A stretch of 64,000 nt of DNA from Longimicrobiales bacterium (lineage in GTDB: Bacteria; Gemmatimonadota; Gemmatimonadetes; Longimicrobiales; Gaopeijiaceae): contig OZ220732.1 of assembly GCA_965116905.1 (NCBI GenBank), positions 1,344,001 through 1,408,000 on the forward strand, given 5' to 3'. This document shows positions 18,330-28,661 of this stretch, in pieces. How positions within the stretch are numbered: the stretch's first letter is position 1; each line of letters opens with the position of its first letter. The translations under genes were made by a program, and so were the position numbers. The notes beneath the pieces are model-generated. The model was not told where the DNA came from. It worked only from the letters and a program-made list of their open reading frames with translations, and searched no databases.

Positions 18330-19918
18330 CGGGGACGGCCGGACGCGCCGGTCGTGGTCGGAGCACCCGAATCCCGGCCGGATGCGCGCACCTCCCGTTT
18401 CAGCGCTCCGCGGTCCACCTTGCCCAGGTGCGTGCGCGGCAGGTCGGCCAGGATATGGATCGCGCGCGGGTGCTTGTAGGACTCCAGCCGGGCGGCGACG
18501 TGGGCGCGGAGGCCGGCGACGTTTCCGCGGGGGTCGTCCTCGCGGGGCACAAGCACCACGAACGCCTCCGGAACCGTCAGTCCGTCTTCGGTCTCGATCC
18601 CCACCACCGCCGCCTCCTTTACACGCGGGTGTTGCAGCAGGCACTCCTCGGCCTCCCCGGGCGAAAACCACTTCCCCGAGACCTTGAGCAGGTCGTCGGC
18701 GCGTCCCTGGTAGCTGAAGCACCCGTCCTGGTCGCGCGTCATCATGTCGCCCGAAATGTACCACTCCCCGGCGAACGCGTGGCGCGTCGCTTCCGGGTGC
18801 TGCCAGTAGCCGTGCGCGAGGGACCCGCCCCGCACCCGCATCCGGCCGACTTCGCCGGTCTCCACCTCGTTGCCGTCGTCGTCGCAGAGCAGGACCTCGA
18901 ATCCGGGAACCGCGCGGCCGAGCGTCCCGGGCCGCACCTCGCCGGGCCGATTCGAGATGAAGACGTGCCACATCTCGGCCGTGCCGAGCCCATCGAGGAG
19001 TTCGACGCCGAAGGTGTCGTCCCAGCGGTGGTGCAGGGTGGGCGGCAGGGGTTCGCCGGCCGAGGTGGACAGCCGCAGACAGCTCAGGTCCCGGGCGTGC
19101 GCGTCCGGGTGGGCGACCATGTGATTCACCATGGTAGGGACGTTGACCAGGATCGTGGGGCGGTGGCGGGCGATCTGCGTGAACAGCTCGTCGGCGGTGC
19201 AGCGCTCCGGAAAGAGCACGGCCGAGGCGCCTGCGGCGAGGGGAAAAAAGAGGTTGGAGCCGGTGGCGTACCCGAAGTAGAGCTTGGGCACCGAGAGGGT
19301 GATGTCCTCGGGCGCGTAGCGGAGAACGCCCTTCGCGTAGCATTCGGTGGTGTTGGCAAACGACGCGTGGCTCTGGATCACGCCCTTGGGGCGACCGGTC
19401 GTGCCGCCCGAGAACAGCCAGATCGCGGGGTCGTCGAAATGTGAAGTAAAGTTGACATAATGTAAACTGGAGTTGTCAACAAGAGCATCGTCGTCGGGGG
19501 TGCCGAGGACGAGCAGACGGGGTGGATTGGGCGCGCCGCGCGCCGCCTCCAGGAAGGTCGCCGCGTGGTCCGAGTGGATTACGGCGGCTGTCGCGCGCGT
19601 GTAGTCGTACATGTCGCGGACTCGCGACGCGCCCAGGTAGCAGTTCACCATCACGCCGACCGCGCCCATCTTGAGCGCACCGAAGAGCGCGGCGGGGAAG
19701 TCCGGAACGTCGGGGAGACCCACGAGCACGCGGTCTCCGGGACGAACGCCGGCCGCTTCCAGGGCGTTGGCAAACTGGTTGGCGCGGGCCTGCAGCGCCG
19801 CGTAGCTGACGGTGCCGTCGCGTGTCCGCAGGGCGATCCGCTCACCGAGCCCCTCCCGGATCCGGTCGTCCAGGAAGTAGTCGGCGATGTTGAAGGGGTC
19901 GGGAGGGTCGAAGCGCAT
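18326..19918 (-). CDS. Benzoate/2-aminobenzoate-CoA ligase family
   Basis: WLFSGGTTGRPKG, KLYFGYATG, SAGE, DGLGTAE, GRADDLLKVSG, LPRTHLGK; divergent from anthraniloyl-CoA cluster. Confidence 0.9.
   Translation of the reverse strand: MRFDPPDPFNIADYFLDDRIREGLGERIALRTRDGTVSYAALQARANQFANALEAAGVRPGDRVLVGLPDVPDFPAALFGALKMGAVGVMVNCYLGASRVRDMYDYTRATAAVIHSDHAATFLEAARGAPNPPRLLVLGTPDDDALVDNSSLHYVNFTSHFDDPAIWLFSGGTTGRPKGVIQSHASFANTTECYAKGVLRYAPEDITLSVPKLYFGYATGSNLFFPLAAGASAVLFPERCTADELFTQIARHRPTILVNVPTMVNHMVAHPDAHARDLSCLRLSTSAGEPLPPTLHHRWDDTFGVELLDGLGTAEMWHVFISNRPGEVRPGTLGRAVPGFEVLLCDDDGNEVETGEVGRMRVRGGSLAHGYWQHPEATRHAFAGEWYISGDMMTRDQDGCFSYQGRADDLLKVSGKWFSPGEAEECLLQHPRVKEAAVVGIETEDGLTVPEAFVVLVPREDDPRGNVAGLRAHVAARLESYKHPRAIHILADLPRTHLGKVDRGALKREVRASGRDSGAPTTTGASGRPR
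19440..19478. repeat. 39-bp double-palindrome element, copy 2 (inside CDS)
   Basis: TGTGAAGTAAAGTTGACA-taa-TGTAAACTGGAGTTGTCA; read in-frame on the minus strand as VDNSSLHYVNFTSH. Confidence 0.85.
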
Positions 19919-19979
19919 CGGTCAGACGGTTTGGGCGGTTGGGTGGCGATTATGTTTAGAGACGAAGGAGGGATCGTCA

Positions 19980-20966
19980 ATGGAGAACCACCTCTGGGGC
20001 CAGGCGACGTGGACGGAGCTGGCGCGTCTCGGTCTTGCCGTCCGTGAACGAGGCGGCCCGGACACCGAGAGCGGCGGCGCGGACGGGAGTGCCCACGCCC
20101 CACCCGGCTCCCGCGTCGTCGCGTTGCTCCCGACCGGCGCGGTCGAGGCCCACGGCCCCCATCTCCCGCTCACCACCGACGTCACGATCGCGAACGCCGC
20201 CGCGCAGGCCGCGCTGCCCGGTCTCCGGCGCCTGGGCCTCCATCCGGTCATTCTGCCCCCCCTGCCGTACACGGCCGCCCCTTTCGCGGCGGGCTTCCCG
20301 GGCACGATCTCGGTGCGTCCCGCGACCGTCACCGCGCTGCTGGCCGACGTGGCGGCCTCGCTGGAACGACAGGGTGCGGCCGCGCTCGTCGTCGTCAACG
20401 CGCACCTCGACCCGGCCCACCTGGACGCGATCCGGAAGGTGGTGCGCGGCGGGAACGCTGCGGGCGCGGCGGTGCCCTCGCGGCACCCGGGTGAGGCCCC
20501 CGCTCGGGACGCGGCTCCGGCTCGCGACGAGGCCCCCACGCGCGACGGGGCCCCCGCTCGCCACGAGGCCCCCACGCGCGACGAAGCCACCGCTCGCGAC
20601 CAGGGCTGGCCCATGCCCGTCATCCACCCCGACCTCACCGAGCGGCGCTGGGCCTCGCGCCTGACCGCGGAATTCAGGAGCGGGGCGTGTCATGCCGGGT
20701 CCTACGAGACCTCGGTGGTGATGGTCGCGGCCCCGGAGCTGGTTCGCGAGGACGAGCGGCGTGGATTGGCCAAAAACCCGGCCTCGCTGTCGGTCGCGAT
20801 CCGTGAGGGCGCGGCCACCTTCGAGGAGGCCGGGGTCACGGCGGCCTACTGCGGCGATCCCGCCGCGGCGACCCGGGAAGAGGGGGAGGAGACCCTGGAG
20901 GTGCTGGCGCGGATCGTGGTCGAAGCGGTGGAAGAGCGGCTGGGGCGAGAGACGAGGCCGGCATGA
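19980..20966 (+). CDS. Creatininase-family amidohydrolase
   Basis: LPTGAVEAHGPHLPLTTD, FPGTIS, VNAH, HAGSYETS, GDPAAATREEG; AGGAGG RBS. Confidence 0.9.
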   Translation: MENHLWGQATWTELARLGLAVRERGGPDTESGGADGSAHAPPGSRVVALLPTGAVEAHGPHLPLTTDVTIANAAAQAALPGLRRLGLHPVILPPLPYTAAPFAAGFPGTISVRPATVTALLADVAASLERQGAAALVVVNAHLDPAHLDAIRKVVRGGNAAGAAVPSRHPGEAPARDAAPARDEAPTRDGAPARHEAPTRDEATARDQGWPMPVIHPDLTERRWASRLTAEFRSGACHAGSYETSVVMVAAPELVREDERRGLAKNPASLSVAIREGAATFEEAGVTAAYCGDPAAATREEGEETLEVLARIVVEAVEERLGRETRPA

Positions 20967-21799
20967 AGCGCGATGCGGGCAAGGCGATTGGCGCCACGGT
21001 GCGCGAGGCGCTGGACGATCGCCCCCGGGGCGCGCCGGATCTGGCTGGACGCGGCGCCGTCGTCACGGGCGGAGGGCGGGGGATCGGGCTGGCGGTTGCC
21101 CGGGCGCTGACCCGTGAAGGGGCGGCCGTGGTTGTCACTGCACGCACGGCGGCCGAGATCGAAGCCGTCGCGGAACGGTTGCGCGCGGAGGGCCGCACCG
21201 CGCACGCGGTGTCCTGCGACGTCACGGACCCCGACTCGGTGGCTGCGATGGCCGCCCGCGCCGGCGAGTTGCTGGGTGGCGTCGACATCCTGGTCAACAA
21301 CGCCGGGGTCGCGGCTTCCGCACCCTTCGGCAAGGTCACCGTGGAGCAGTGGGAGTGGGTGCATCGCGTGAACGCGACCGGTCCGCTTCTATGTACCCAG
21401 GCGTTCCTGCCCGCCATGGTGGAAGGGGGATGGGGCCGCATCGTCAACGTCGCGTCGGTCGCGAGCCTCGAGGGCGCGCGCTACATCACATCGTACGCCG
21501 CCTCGAAACACGCGCTGCTGGGAATGACGCGCTGTCTCGCGGCCGAACTGGCCGGAACCGGCGTCACGGCCAACTCCGTGTGCCCCAGCTACGTGGACAC
21601 GCCCATGACGGACGAGAACATCGCGCGGATCGCGGCGAAGACGGGGCGCGGCGCATCCGACATTCGGGCGGGCCTGGAAGACAGGCAGCCCGGGGGGCGG
21701 TTCATCACCGTCGAGGAGGTGGCGCACGCCGTGATGACGTTTATGCCCGACGGCGCGGCGTCGCTGCAGGGCAGTGAGCTGGTGGTCCGCGGCCGATGA
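20963..21799 (+). CDS. Short-chain dehydrogenase/reductase
   Basis: TGGGRGIG, NNAG, YAASK, CPSYVDT. Confidence 0.92.
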   Translation: MKRDAGKAIGATVREALDDRPRGAPDLAGRGAVVTGGGRGIGLAVARALTREGAAVVVTARTAAEIEAVAERLRAEGRTAHAVSCDVTDPDSVAAMAARAGELLGGVDILVNNAGVAASAPFGKVTVEQWEWVHRVNATGPLLCTQAFLPAMVEGGWGRIVNVASVASLEGARYITSYAASKHALLGMTRCLAAELAGTGVTANSVCPSYVDTPMTDENIARIAAKTGRGASDIRAGLEDRQPGGRFITVEEVAHAVMTFMPDGAASLQGSELVVRGR

Positions 21800-22323
21800 C
21801 CTTCGAGATCGTGAACCCGGCGGCGCTTGGCTCTCCGCGTGGCTGGAACAACGGGATGCTCGCGCCGGAGGGCGGCAGGGTGCTCTTCGTCGCCGGACAG
21901 ATCGGGGTGGCGGGCGAAGGGGAGAGACGCGATCCGGAGGGAGGCGGTCGCGACGGGGCCGGTCGGGAGGGGGCCGAATCGCGGGATCGAGAGGCCGGCG
22001 GCAGCCCGCTGGTGCGGCAGTTCGGCGCGGCGCTGGCCAACGTCCGGCGTGTGGTCGAGGCGACCGGGGGAGGGGTTGCCGACGTCGGGCGGCTCACCAT
22101 CTACGTGACCGACATGGATGCCTATCGCGGGTCTCTGCCCGAAATCGGGGCCGCGTACAGGGCGGTGTTCGGGAAGCACTTCCCGGCCATGGCGCTGGTG
22201 GCGGTCACCGAGCTGGTGGATCCGCGTGCGGTGGTGGAGGTCGAGGCCACGGCGGTAATCCCGCAGGCGCAATTGGGTGGGCACGCCGCCACCCGACCGC
22301 CCACCGTGAAGGAGAAGCCATGA
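21796..22323 (+). CDS. RidA/YjgF-family enamine deaminase
   Basis: NPAALGSPRGW, LFVAGQIG, HFPAMALV.V..L..VEVEATA. Confidence 0.88.
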   Translation: MTFEIVNPAALGSPRGWNNGMLAPEGGRVLFVAGQIGVAGEGERRDPEGGGRDGAGREGAESRDREAGGSPLVRQFGAALANVRRVVEATGGGVADVGRLTIYVTDMDAYRGSLPEIGAAYRAVFGKHFPAMALVAVTELVDPRAVVEVEATAVIPQAQLGGHAATRPPTVKEKP

Positions 22324-23141
22324 CCGACCTCAAATCCCCTCTCCTGGAGGCTCCGCGCTCGTTTCTCCTGGATTGGGACACCGAGACGAGCGTCGCGCGG
22401 ATCACGCTCAACCGGCCGGAGCGTCTGAACGCGCTGACCTTCGAGGTCTACGACGAGTTGCGGAACACGTTTCGGGCGCTGGACAGCGAGCCCGAGGTGC
22501 GCGCGGTCGTGATCACGGGTGCGGGGCGCGGGTTCTGTACGGGGGGGGATGTCGAGGACATCATTGGGCCGCTGTTCGAGCGGGACTTCGAGGGGCTGCT
22601 GGAGTTCACGCGCATGACCTGCGACCTGATTCTGGCGATGCGGCAGTGCCGTCAGCCGGTGATCGGGGCGCTGAACGGGACGGTGGCGGGTGCGGGCGCG
22701 GTGATTGCCACGGCTTGCGATGTGCGGATCGCGGCGGAGTCGGCCCGGATCGCGTATCTGTTTACACGGGTCGGGCTGTCGGGCGCGGACATGGGCGCGG
22801 CGTGGCTGCTGCCGCGGATCGTCGGTTTCGGGCGGGCGAGTGAGCTGCTCATGACCGGCGAGTTCGTCGATGCGGCCGAGGCCCACCGGATCGGGCTCTA
22901 CAACCGGGTGGTGCCCGACGGCGAGGTGCTCGATGCGGCGACGGCGTTCGCGGAGAAGCTGGCGCGCGGGCCGTCCTTTGCGCTGCGGATGACCAAGGAA
23001 GCGCTCAACCGGGAGGCGCACATGGAGCTGGAGCAGGCGCTCGAGGCCGAGGCGCGGGTGCAGGCGGCCTGCATGCTCAACCCGAACTTCCGCGAGGCAT
23101 ACGAGGCGTTCGTGGAGAAGCGGAAACCCCGTTTTGTTTGA
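22320..23141 (+). CDS. Enoyl-CoA hydratase/isomerase
   Basis: LNRPERLNAL, FCTGGDV, AGAG, GLSGADMG, EKRKPRF. Confidence 0.92.
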   Translation: MTDLKSPLLEAPRSFLLDWDTETSVARITLNRPERLNALTFEVYDELRNTFRALDSEPEVRAVVITGAGRGFCTGGDVEDIIGPLFERDFEGLLEFTRMTCDLILAMRQCRQPVIGALNGTVAGAGAVIATACDVRIAAESARIAYLFTRVGLSGADMGAAWLLPRIVGFGRASELLMTGEFVDAAEAHRIGLYNRVVPDGEVLDAATAFAEKLARGPSFALRMTKEALNREAHMELEQALEAEARVQAACMLNPNFREAYEAFVEKRKPRFV

Positions 23142-24291
23142 CGGCGGCGGACTGTCGCTGGAGCCGGTGGCGGCGTTCATCGAGCCGTCGCACCGGGAGT
23201 ACCGCGAGCGGGTCCTGTCGTTTTGCGAGGAGGAGATCGGGGACGGGCGCGATCCGGACACCGATGCGGCGGCGCGGGCGCGGGCGCGGGAGCTGGTGGA
23301 GCGGATGGGGGCGGCGGGGCTCTTCCGGCCGATTGCCGAGGGGGATGTGCGGGGCTGTCTGGTCGCGCGCGAGGTGCTGGCGTGGTGGTCGCCGCTCGCG
23401 GACACGGTCTTTGCGTTGCAGGGGCTGAGCGCGACCCCGGGCCTGATCCGGGACGTGGATCCCGGAGGGTGGGTGGAGCGCGCGGTGGCGGGCGAAGCAA
23501 TGGGTGCATTTGCCATGACCGAGTGGGCGGCGGGCTCCGATGTGGGGTCGATGACCACCGTGGCGGTGCCCGACGGGTCCGGGTTCAGGCTGAACGGCGG
23601 GAAGGCGTTCATTTCCAATGCCGGCATCGCGGATTTCTACGTCGTTTTCGCGTCGACCGACCCCGATGCGGGGACGTGGGGGATCTCGTGCTTCGTCGTG
23701 CCTGCCGACGCGGACGGGTTCGAGTTCACCGGGTCGCTGGTCATGAGCGCGCCGCATCCGCTGGGAGAGGTGAAGTTCAATGACTGTGTGGTGCCGGGCA
23801 GTGCCCTTCTGGGCGAGGTGGGCGGCGGATTCAAGATCGGCATGGCGACGCTCGACCGGCTGCGTCCCACGGTGGCGGCGGCAGCCTGCGGGATGGCGGG
23901 CAGGGCGCTTCGGGAGGCGGTGGACCACGCGCGCGGACGAGAACAGTTCGGGAAGCGCCTGGCTTCGTTCCAGCTGGTCCAGGAGAAGCTGTCCTCTTCG
24001 GCCATTGACCTGACCGCGGGGCGCCTGCTCGCCTACCGGGCCGGGTGGGAGAAGGACCGGGGGGCGGAACGGATCACGATGGAGGCCGCCATGGCGAAGG
24101 CCTTCTCGACCGAAGCTGCGCAGCGGATCGTGGACCGGGCGGTGCAGGTGTTGGGGGGGCGGGGCGTCCTGGCGGGTCATCCGGTCGACCATCTGTATCG
24201 GTGCGTGCGGGCGCTGAGGATCTACGAGGGGACGACCGAGATTCAGCACCTGATCATCGGGGGCGGGCTCGTGCGGGGTGATGCGGGGTGA
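23134..24291 (+). CDS. Acyl-CoA dehydrogenase
   Basis: [40 protein letters not shown]. Confidence 0.93.
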   Translation: MFDGGGLSLEPVAAFIEPSHREYRERVLSFCEEEIGDGRDPDTDAAARARARELVERMGAAGLFRPIAEGDVRGCLVAREVLAWWSPLADTVFALQGLSATPGLIRDVDPGGWVERAVAGEAMGAFAMTEWAAGSDVGSMTTVAVPDGSGFRLNGGKAFISNAGIADFYVVFASTDPDAGTWGISCFVVPADADGFEFTGSLVMSAPHPLGEVKFNDCVVPGSALLGEVGGGFKIGMATLDRLRPTVAAAACGMAGRALREAVDHARGREQFGKRLASFQLVQEKLSSSAIDLTAGRLLAYRAGWEKDRGAERITMEAAMAKAFSTEAAQRIVDRAVQVLGGRGVLAGHPVDHLYRCVRALRIYEGTTEIQHLIIGGGLVRGDAG

Positions 24292-26693
24292 AGGTCAATG
24301 TGATCGGCGGTGGGCCCGGCGGACTTTTTGCCGCCCTGCTGCTCAAGAAGTCGGATCCGGCGCGAAGGATCGAGGTCTTCGAGCGCAACCGGCCGGATGA
24401 CACCTTCGGCTTCGGGGTTGTCTTCTCCGATGCGACGCTCGAGGAGGTGGCCGAGGCGGATCCGGCGACGTTCCGCGCGATCGAGGAGCGCTTCTATCAC
24501 TGGGACGACATCCACATCCACTACCAGGGTGAACTCCTGGAGTCGACGGGGCACGGGTTCGCGGGACTGTCGCGCCGCGAGCTTCTGCTGCTGCTCCAGC
24601 GGCGCTGCCGGGAGGTCGGGGTCGGGTTGCACTTCGAGACCGCAGTCGGCGATCCGCCGGCTGGGGGAGCGACCGGCGTGCCTCTGGCATCCCGTTTTCT
24701 CGACGCCGACGTCGTGATCGGTGCCGACGGACTCAACAGCGTGGTGCGGGAGCGGTTTGCGGAGGCGTTCGAGCCGGCTGTCGACCTGAGGCCGAACCGC
24801 TTCGTCTGGCTCGGTACGACGCGGCCCTTCCCGGCATTCACCTTCTACTTCCGCGAGGACGAGCACGGGCTCTGGCGCGTGCACGCGTACCAGTACGACG
24901 CTTCGGGGAAGTCGACGTTCATCGTGGAGGCTACCGAACGAACCTGGCGCCGGGCAGGCATGGATACGGCCAGCGAGCAGGAGACGGTGTGCTTTCTGAC
25001 GCGCCTGTTCGCGGAGGAACTCGACGGGCACCCGCTGATATGCAACCGCTCGGTTTGGCGGCGGTTCCCCACCGTAGTGAACGCGCGCTGGTCGGCCGAC
25101 AACGTGGTCCTGATCGGAGATGCGGCGCACACGGCGCACTTCTCGGTGGGATCGGGGACCCGGTTGGCGATGTTGGACGCGATTGCGCTCGCCGGGGCGA
25201 TGGAAGGGGTGGGCGGGACGGGGGGCAGGCCGGTGGGCGACGCCTCCGCGGGCACCCTCGCCGATGCCCTCGCCGCCTACGAGTCGGAGCGGCGTCGGCC
25301 CGTGGAGTCGCTGCAGCGGGCGGCGCAGGCGAGCCTGCAATGGTTCGAGGACACGGAGCGCTACTTCCGTCTCGAGCCGGTCCAGTTCGGTTTCTCGCTG
25401 CTTACGAGAAGTCTGCGGATCTCGCACGAAAACCTGCGGGAGCGCGACCCTGCGTTCGTGGATCGTGTGGACCGATGGGTGGCCCGGCAGGCGGAGGCGC
25501 AGGCCGGCGTGACCATTGCCGGGAACGAGGCGGCCCTGGGAATCGACCGAGCCCCCGGGGACCGCTCGCCTCCTCCTCCCCTTTTCACGCCGTTCCGCCT
25601 GCGCGACCTGGTGCTGGCCAACCGGGTGGGCGTGTCGGCGATGTGCCAGTACTCGGCCGACGACGGGACGGTCGACGACTGGCACCTCGTGAACCTCGGC
25701 TCGCGTGCGGTCGGCGGGGCGGGGCTCGTGATGGCCGAGATGACCGCGGTCGGGCGGGACGGCCGCATTTCGCCGGGTTGCGCGGGCATCTACGACGAGG
25801 GGCACGTGGTTGCGTGGCGCCGACTGGTCGAGTTTGTGAAACGTTTCACAAGCGCGCGCGTCGGCATCCAGCTCGGCCACGCGGGCCGCAAGGCTTCGAC
25901 GCGGCTGGATTGGGAGGGCCCGAACGAGCCGCTGGAAGAAGGCGGGTGGCCGATCGTGTCGGCCTCGCCGATCGGTTTTTTCGAACACAGCCCGGTGCCG
26001 GCGGAGTTGGACGAGGCGGGGATGGAGGCGCTGATCGCGGAATTCGAGCGCTCCACGGCAATGGCGGATGCGGCCGGCTTCGACATGGTCGAGATCCACA
26101 TGGCGCACGGCTACCTCCTCGCGAGCTTCCTGTCCCCCCTGACCAACGAGCGCACGGACCGCTACGGCGGCAGCCTCGAGAACCGGCTGCGCTTTCCGCT
26201 GCGTGTGGTCGACGCGGTGCGGTCGCTGTGGCCGGACGAGCGTCCGCTCTCGGTCCGTCTTTCCGCGGTGGACTGGTGGCCCGGCGGCAACGAGCCCGAA
26301 GACGCGGTGGATATCGCCCGCGCGCTGAATGCCCACGGCTGCGACATCGTGGACGTGTCGACGGGACAGACGGTGCCCTACCAGCAACCCAGGTACGGCC
26401 GCCAGTTCCAGACGCCCTTCGCCGACCGGATTCGGCACGAGGTCGGGATCGCGACCATGGCCGTGGGCAACATCTCGTCGTTCGAGGACGTCAACGGGAT
26501 CATCGCGGCGGGGCGCGCGGACCTCTGCCTCATGGCGCGCGCCCACCTGTGGGATCCATACTGGACAAGGCACGCCGCGTACGCGCTGGGGTATCCGCTG
26601 CCGTGGCCCCCCCAGTACGAGACGCTGAACAACTACACGCCGCGGTTCGGGTCGGCCGCCGGCGCGTACGGACCGGACACCGGAAATGAGTAA
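24288..26693 (+). CDS. abmA: Bifunctional anthraniloyl-CoA (salicylyl-CoA) monooxygenase/reductase: FAD monooxygenase plus old-yellow-enzyme domain
   Basis: GGGPGG, DTFGFGVVFSD, GDAAHTAHFSVGSGT; OYE part AMCQYSA, QLGHAGRK, HMAHGYL, YGGSLENR. Confidence 0.88.
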   Translation: MKVNVIGGGPGGLFAALLLKKSDPARRIEVFERNRPDDTFGFGVVFSDATLEEVAEADPATFRAIEERFYHWDDIHIHYQGELLESTGHGFAGLSRRELLLLLQRRCREVGVGLHFETAVGDPPAGGATGVPLASRFLDADVVIGADGLNSVVRERFAEAFEPAVDLRPNRFVWLGTTRPFPAFTFYFREDEHGLWRVHAYQYDASGKSTFIVEATERTWRRAGMDTASEQETVCFLTRLFAEELDGHPLICNRSVWRRFPTVVNARWSADNVVLIGDAAHTAHFSVGSGTRLAMLDAIALAGAMEGVGGTGGRPVGDASAGTLADALAAYESERRRPVESLQRAAQASLQWFEDTERYFRLEPVQFGFSLLTRSLRISHENLRERDPAFVDRVDRWVARQAEAQAGVTIAGNEAALGIDRAPGDRSPPPPLFTPFRLRDLVLANRVGVSAMCQYSADDGTVDDWHLVNLGSRAVGGAGLVMAEMTAVGRDGRISPGCAGIYDEGHVVAWRRLVEFVKRFTSARVGIQLGHAGRKASTRLDWEGPNEPLEEGGWPIVSASPIGFFEHSPVPAELDEAGMEALIAEFERSTAMADAAGFDMVEIHMAHGYLLASFLSPLTNERTDRYGGSLENRLRFPLRVVDAVRSLWPDERPLSVRLSAVDWWPGGNEPEDAVDIARALNAHGCDIVDVSTGQTVPYQQPRYGRQFQTPFADRIRHEVGIATMAVGNISSFEDVNGIIAAGRADLCLMARAHLWDPYWTRHAAYALGYPLPWPPQYETLNNYTPRFGSAAGAYGPDTGNE

Positions 26694-27477
26694 CGGCGAC
26701 GAAACGATGAACTACCAGCGCTTCGCCATGCTTCCGGAGCTGCTTTCCCTCCAGCGGCCGCTGTCCGACCCGCCGGAGCACGACGAGATGCTCTTCATCA
26801 TCGTGCACCAGGTACACGAGCTCTGGTTCAAGGCGGCGCTTCACGAACTCGACCACGCACGGGAGCTGCTTGTGGGCGGCGATGAGGCCCGGGTGGCCGC
26901 GACCCTCAAGCGTGTGCGTTCCATCATGAAGGTGCTGGTGGGCCAGCTGGACATCCTGGAAACGATGACACCCGTCGAGTTCGAGTCCTTCCGCGATCGC
27001 CTCGACACGGCCAGCGGCTTCCAGTCGGCCCAGTTCCGGGAGCTGGAGTTCGCGCTGGGAATCAAGCGGGCGTCGGTGCTCAAGACGTTTCCCGATTCCG
27101 ACGAAAACCGGCGGCTGCAACAGAGACTCGAGGAGCCATCGCTCTGGGACGCCTTCCTGCGGTTCCTGGACGGCAGAGGGTACAGGGTCCCGGACGGGGC
27201 CCTGGCCCGCGACGTGACCGAACCCGTCACGCCCGACCCCGAGTTGCAGGGAGTGCTGGTCGATGCCTACCGCTCCGATCCGGGGCTGATCAACCTCTGC
27301 GAGCGCCTGGTCGATCTCGACGAGGGGTTCCAGGAGTGGCGCTACCGGCACATCAAGATGGTCGAGCGTACAATCGGCAACAAACCGGGAACGGGCGACA
27401 GCGCCGGGGTGGCCTACCTGGTGACCACGATGACCGCGGCGTTCCCGGACCTGTGGGAGATGAGGTCGGCGCTGTGA
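26686..27477 (+). CDS. kynA: Tryptophan 2,3-dioxygenase
   Basis: HDEMLFIIVHQVHELWFK, SGFQSAQFR, WRYRHIKMVERTIG.KPGTG. Confidence 0.95.
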   Translation: MSNGDETMNYQRFAMLPELLSLQRPLSDPPEHDEMLFIIVHQVHELWFKAALHELDHARELLVGGDEARVAATLKRVRSIMKVLVGQLDILETMTPVEFESFRDRLDTASGFQSAQFRELEFALGIKRASVLKTFPDSDENRRLQQRLEEPSLWDAFLRFLDGRGYRVPDGALARDVTEPVTPDPELQGVLVDAYRSDPGLINLCERLVDLDEGFQEWRYRHIKMVERTIGNKPGTGDSAGVAYLVTTMTAAFPDLWEMRSAL

Positions 27478-27516
27478 CCGAGGGGGACACCGGGCCGCGC
27501 CCCGACGGGACAGACC

Positions 27517-28623
27517 CTAGCGCCGCGTCCAGATCACGATGAGCCCGCAGGATGATCCGGTTCCCCCGTACTTCACCGGGATCCCCGCCGTTCTCGTGTA
27601 GACCTCCACACCCGCAAGGGCGCTGCGCATAAGGAGGATGTCGAGCTCGGCGGGCAGGTCCGAGCCTCCTCCCACCATCATGTCATCGAGCACTACACGG
27701 GGGAAGCACCGCCGGTCGCGACCGGCGCTGAGCATGACATGCCGCCGGCCCGTGGGGCCCGCAACCAACGTGACGCCCGCCAGTCCCAGGAACAGGTCGC
27801 TCATGTTTCCGGGAGGTCGCTTCTCGATATCGTCGCGGTCGAGGAACTTCCCGAATCCGATGGCCTCGCGGCGGTAGAATCCCGCCTGCTCAAGCACGAT
27901 GTCGCGCCTCTCGACGCTCACCTCGATCGGATCCAGCTGCACGGGGTCGGCCGAGAGCAATACGCGGATGTTGCTCATCCTCCCGTACTCGACGCCGATC
28001 GAGTCGGCGCGCGTCGCGTACCCAAGGTGGGAGAACCGGACGAGGTGTTGGCCGGGATACAGCCTGGTGAAGGTGAAACGGCCCCGTCCATCCGTCTGCG
28101 TCGCCTGGGGTGCGGCCGCCGTCCACACGGTGGCTCCGGCCACCGGCCTGCCGTCGACGCCGTCCCTCACCACGCCGGTGATGCCCGTCATCAACCCGTC
28201 CTCCAGGTACTCGATGGGCTGCATGGCCGTGGCGAATTCGCCGCTGCCGAGGACCGTGAAGTCGTCCACAAAGGTCTGATAGCCCGGGTGGGAAAGCCCG
28301 AGCTTGTATGCGCCGATGGGGATCCGGGTGATCGTGAACCGTCCGTTGTCGTCGGACTCGAGCCGCACGTCCGCACCGTCGACCACGACGACGACGCCGG
28401 CCAGGGGCTCTCCGGTGACTGCATCCACGACGGTGCCCCTGACCGTGACCAGGGGACGGTCGCGCACCTCCTGGGCAGCACCGCCCGTCGCCCAGGCCAG
28501 TCCCGCCGCGCACACGAGAGGAGCCGCTGCCCTCAGGATCGGGCACCGTCGCTCGGCGCTCTGGGCCAGACGAGGGCGCCACCGGCGGTACGCTCGCGCG
28601 GGGAGTGTTGTGCCCGCAAACAT
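27517..28623 (-). CDS. Exported protein: two carboxypeptidase-regulatory-like domains plus TonB-plug-like domain, no barrel
   Basis: VRGTVVDAVTGEPL and ITGVVRD..RPV repeats, GFYRR, GVEVY, CGLIVIWTR end; start uncertain. Confidence 0.75.
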   Translation of the reverse strand: MFAGTTLPARAYRRWRPRLAQSAERRCPILRAAAPLVCAAGLAWATGGAAQEVRDRPLVTVRGTVVDAVTGEPLAGVVVVVDGADVRLESDDNGRFTITRIPIGAYKLGLSHPGYQTFVDDFTVLGSGEFATAMQPIEYLEDGLMTGITGVVRDGVDGRPVAGATVWTAAAPQATQTDGRGRFTFTRLYPGQHLVRFSHLGYATRADSIGVEYGRMSNIRVLLSADPVQLDPIEVSVERRDIVLEQAGFYRREAIGFGKFLDRDDIEKRPPGNMSDLFLGLAGVTLVAGPTGRRHVMLSAGRDRRCFPRVVLDDMMVGGGSDLPAELDILLMRSALAGVEVYTRTAGIPVKYGGTGSSCGLIVIWTRR

Positions 28624-28661
28624 GGTCAGTAGATACTTCAGCGAAGGAGGCAACGTTCCTG

